In this document: in pieces, positions 34,381 to 35,835 of the stretch
Numbering within the stretch: position 1 is the stretch's first letter
Layout of the letters: the number at the start of each line of letters is the position of its first letter
Assembly: GCA_019308625.1 (NCBI GenBank)
Contig: JAFDHU010000012.1
Coordinates: forward strand, 1 to 35,835
Length of the DNA stretch: 35,835 nucleotides
Source: Deltaproteobacteria bacterium
GTDB lineage: Bacteria; Desulfobacterota; Desulfobaccia; Desulfobaccales; 0-14-0-80-60-11
Reading direction: 5' to 3'
Notes under the pieces: model-generated
The model's database searches: none
Told to the model about the DNA's origin: nothing
Seen by the model: only the letters and a program-made list of their open reading frames with translations
Position numbers and translations under genes: made by a program

Positions 34381-34480
34381 AGGGGAGGGGCTAAGGGGCA
34401 CCGCCTCTTACCCCTCCCCCAAACCCCCACCCCAATCCCTTGCAGGGGGGTTGGGAGGGGAGTTTGAGGGGAGGGCGGGG
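34381..34480. repeat. GC-rich imperfect palindrome / alternative-hairpin element between fba and pfk
   Basis: The G-block AGGGGAGGGG (34381-34390) and the G-block 34445-34475 can both pair with the C-block 34411-34440. The long arms are about 30 nt around a TGCA centre. Confidence 0.8.
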
Positions 34481-34523
34481 GGACTTTGTTCTCCCGGCCT
34501 CCCTTCAAGCAACTTTCTCTCTC

Positions 34524-35438
34524 TCAGCCCCGGCCGGCGCTGCCCAGCACCTGCCGGTTTTTGTAGCTGACCATGGCGGCCAGCGCCTCCCGGGCCGGAC
34601 CCAGGTACTTGCGGGGGTCAAACTCCCCCGGGTGCTCCGCCAGGAACTGGCGGATAGCCGCGGTCATGGCCAGCCGGCCGTCGCTGTCAATGTTGATTTT
34701 GCACACCGCGCCGGCCGCGGCCCGGCGGAGCTGATCTTCGGAAATGCCCACCGCCTCCTCCATGACGCCGCCGTAGCGGTTGATCAGGTCCACGTACTCG
34801 GGCATGACCGAAGAGGCCCCGTGCAGCACGATGGGGAAGCCTGGCACCCGGCGGGCAATCTCCTCCAGGATGTCAAAGCGCAAAGGTGGCGGCTCCTCCC
34901 CGGGCTTGACCTTGAACTTGAAGGCTCCGTGGGAGGTGCCGATGGATATGGCCAGGGAGTCCACCCCGGTTTGGCCTACGAATTCCTCCACCTCCTCCGG
35001 CCGGGTGTAGTGGGAGACCTCGGAGGTCACCTCATCCTCAATGCCGGCCAGGACCCCCAGCTCCCCTTCCACCGTGACCCCCCGGGCATGGGCGTATTCC
35101 ACCACCTGCCGGGTGAGCCGGATGTTTTCCTCAAAGGGGTGGTGGGAGCCGTCAATCATCACTGAGGAAAAGCCCGAGTTGATGCAGTCCCGGGCCAGCT
35201 CAAAGGTGTCGCCGTGGTCCAGGTGCAGGGCGATGGGGATGGGGGAGTCCAGGGATCGCACCAGCTCCACGCCCCCCCGGACCAGGTGCGGCAGCAGGGC
35301 CGCGGTGATGTAGCGGCGGGCGCTGCCCGAGACCTGGAGAATCACCGGCGACCGGGTCTCCGCGCAGCCCATAAGAATTCCCTGAAGTTGCTCCAGGTTG
35401 TTGAAGTTGTAGGCCGGCACGGCATAGCCGCCGGCCAC
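34524..35438 (-). CDS. fba: class II fructose-1,6-bisphosphate aldolase
   Basis: GYAVPAYNFNNLEQ, SPVILQVS, LHLDHG and AISIGTSHGAFKF. GTG start at 35438, only 18 nt after the in-frame stop of the upstream gene. Confidence 0.85.
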   Translation of the reverse strand: MAGGYAVPAYNFNNLEQLQGILMGCAETRSPVILQVSGSARRYITAALLPHLVRGGVELVRSLDSPIPIALHLDHGDTFELARDCINSGFSSVMIDGSHHPFEENIRLTRQVVEYAHARGVTVEGELGVLAGIEDEVTSEVSHYTRPEEVEEFVGQTGVDSLAISIGTSHGAFKFKVKPGEEPPPLRFDILEEIARRVPGFPIVLHGASSVMPEYVDLINRYGGVMEEAVGISEDQLRRAAAGAVCKINIDSDGRLAMTAAIRQFLAEHPGEFDPRKYLGPAREALAAMVSYKNRQVLGSAGRG

Positions 35439-35456
35439 AGCGTCATAGCCATCCTT

Positions 35457-35835
35457 TCAGGTACCCACGGCGTATGTGGCCACCAGCTCCTCAATTTCTT
35501 GGCGGTAGCGCGCATATTCCGGGGAGTCCGGGGCGCTGTAGTTGTAGTTCTTGTAAATACCGGTCAGGCGGATAAAGAAATCCCGGGCCTCGTCCCGGTC
35601 CTTGAAGGCGTACTCCGTGGTGATCAGCTTTTTGAGCAGCTCAAAGCTCTCTTTTTGCCGCTCCCGGGGCATGGAGATGTCCACCGGGTCAAAGGCGTCC
35701 TGCTGCAGGTATACCATGTCCAGCAAGGTGGCCTTTTGCCATAGGAGATAGTCTTCCATGGTGATGCCCTCCTCGCCGGTGACCTGCATCATCTGGTAGA
35801 TGGTGTCTCCCTGGTGGAGCAGTGCCCGCATTTTC
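35457..35835 (-). CDS. atpA: V-type ATPase subunit A, C-terminal fragment (5' end outside window)
   Basis: The C-terminal helical domain pattern is IYQMMQVTGEEGITMEDYLLWQKATLLDMVYLQQDAFDPVD. The ORF is open to the window edge. Confidence 0.65.
   Translation of the reverse strand, partial: KMRALLHQGDTIYQMMQVTGEEGITMEDYLLWQKATLLDMVYLQQDAFDPVDISMPRERQKESFELLKKLITTEYAFKDRDEARDFFIRLTGIYKNYNYSAPDSPEYARYRQEIEELVATYAVGT

Noticed and set aside
1-35835. Scan for CRISPR arrays, tRNA/rRNA genes, IS elements, integrases, and toxin-antitoxin or restriction/defence genes
   Set aside because: No regularly spaced direct repeats, cloverleaf-like sequences, transposase/integrase motifs or nuclease/helicase defence signatures were recognised by eye. 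Absence cannot be proven without tRNAscan, Infernal and HMM searches.

Overview
High-GC bacterial chromosomal segment of about 30 genes. The gene repertoire (bEBP-type regulator, PhnD-like sensor partner, radical SAM enzyme, molybdoenzyme, GC-rich intergenic palindromes) suggests an anaerobic Desulfobacterota-like organism; this is inference only. No rRNA, tRNA, CRISPR array, transposase or integrase was recognised by eye. Left to right: a disrupted SDR epimerase and a bi-domain oxidoreductase (polysaccharide-type genes); sixA; an orphan parA translationally coupled to a 90-aa coiled-coil protein; a roughly 215-nt structured non-coding locus ending in a strong intrinsic terminator (possibly 6S-like); lipoprotein genes; a Cys/His tandem-repeat protein followed by a radical SAM enzyme with a SPASM/twitch-like tail and a tiny lipoprotein; an outer-membrane porin. 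Next is a minus-strand operon of a TSUP/TauE permease, a membrane protein, an atypical receiver and a cytoplasmic molybdopterin oxidoreductase fused to a TorD-like chaperone. Then a plus-strand operon: PAS-bEBP with degenerate Walker B and GAFTGA motifs, a PhnD-like binding protein, a histidine kinase whose HAMP domain is split by an 8-Cys module, a CheY-like receiver, a PpsA/PPDK-like phosphohistidine enzyme lacking a recognisable TIM-barrel domain, and a dual-specificity phosphatase fused to a YkgJ-type Cys domain. Last is a long minus-strand carbon-metabolism array: V-ATPase A (partial), fba, pfk, pckA, SLC13 permease, pgmB, GH65 phosphorylase. The best candidates for undescribed biology are (1) the repeat-protein/radical SAM module and (2) the receiver, dikinase-like enzyme and DSP phosphatase module embedded in a two-component operon. 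All functional calls come from motif recognition by eye and no database search was run.
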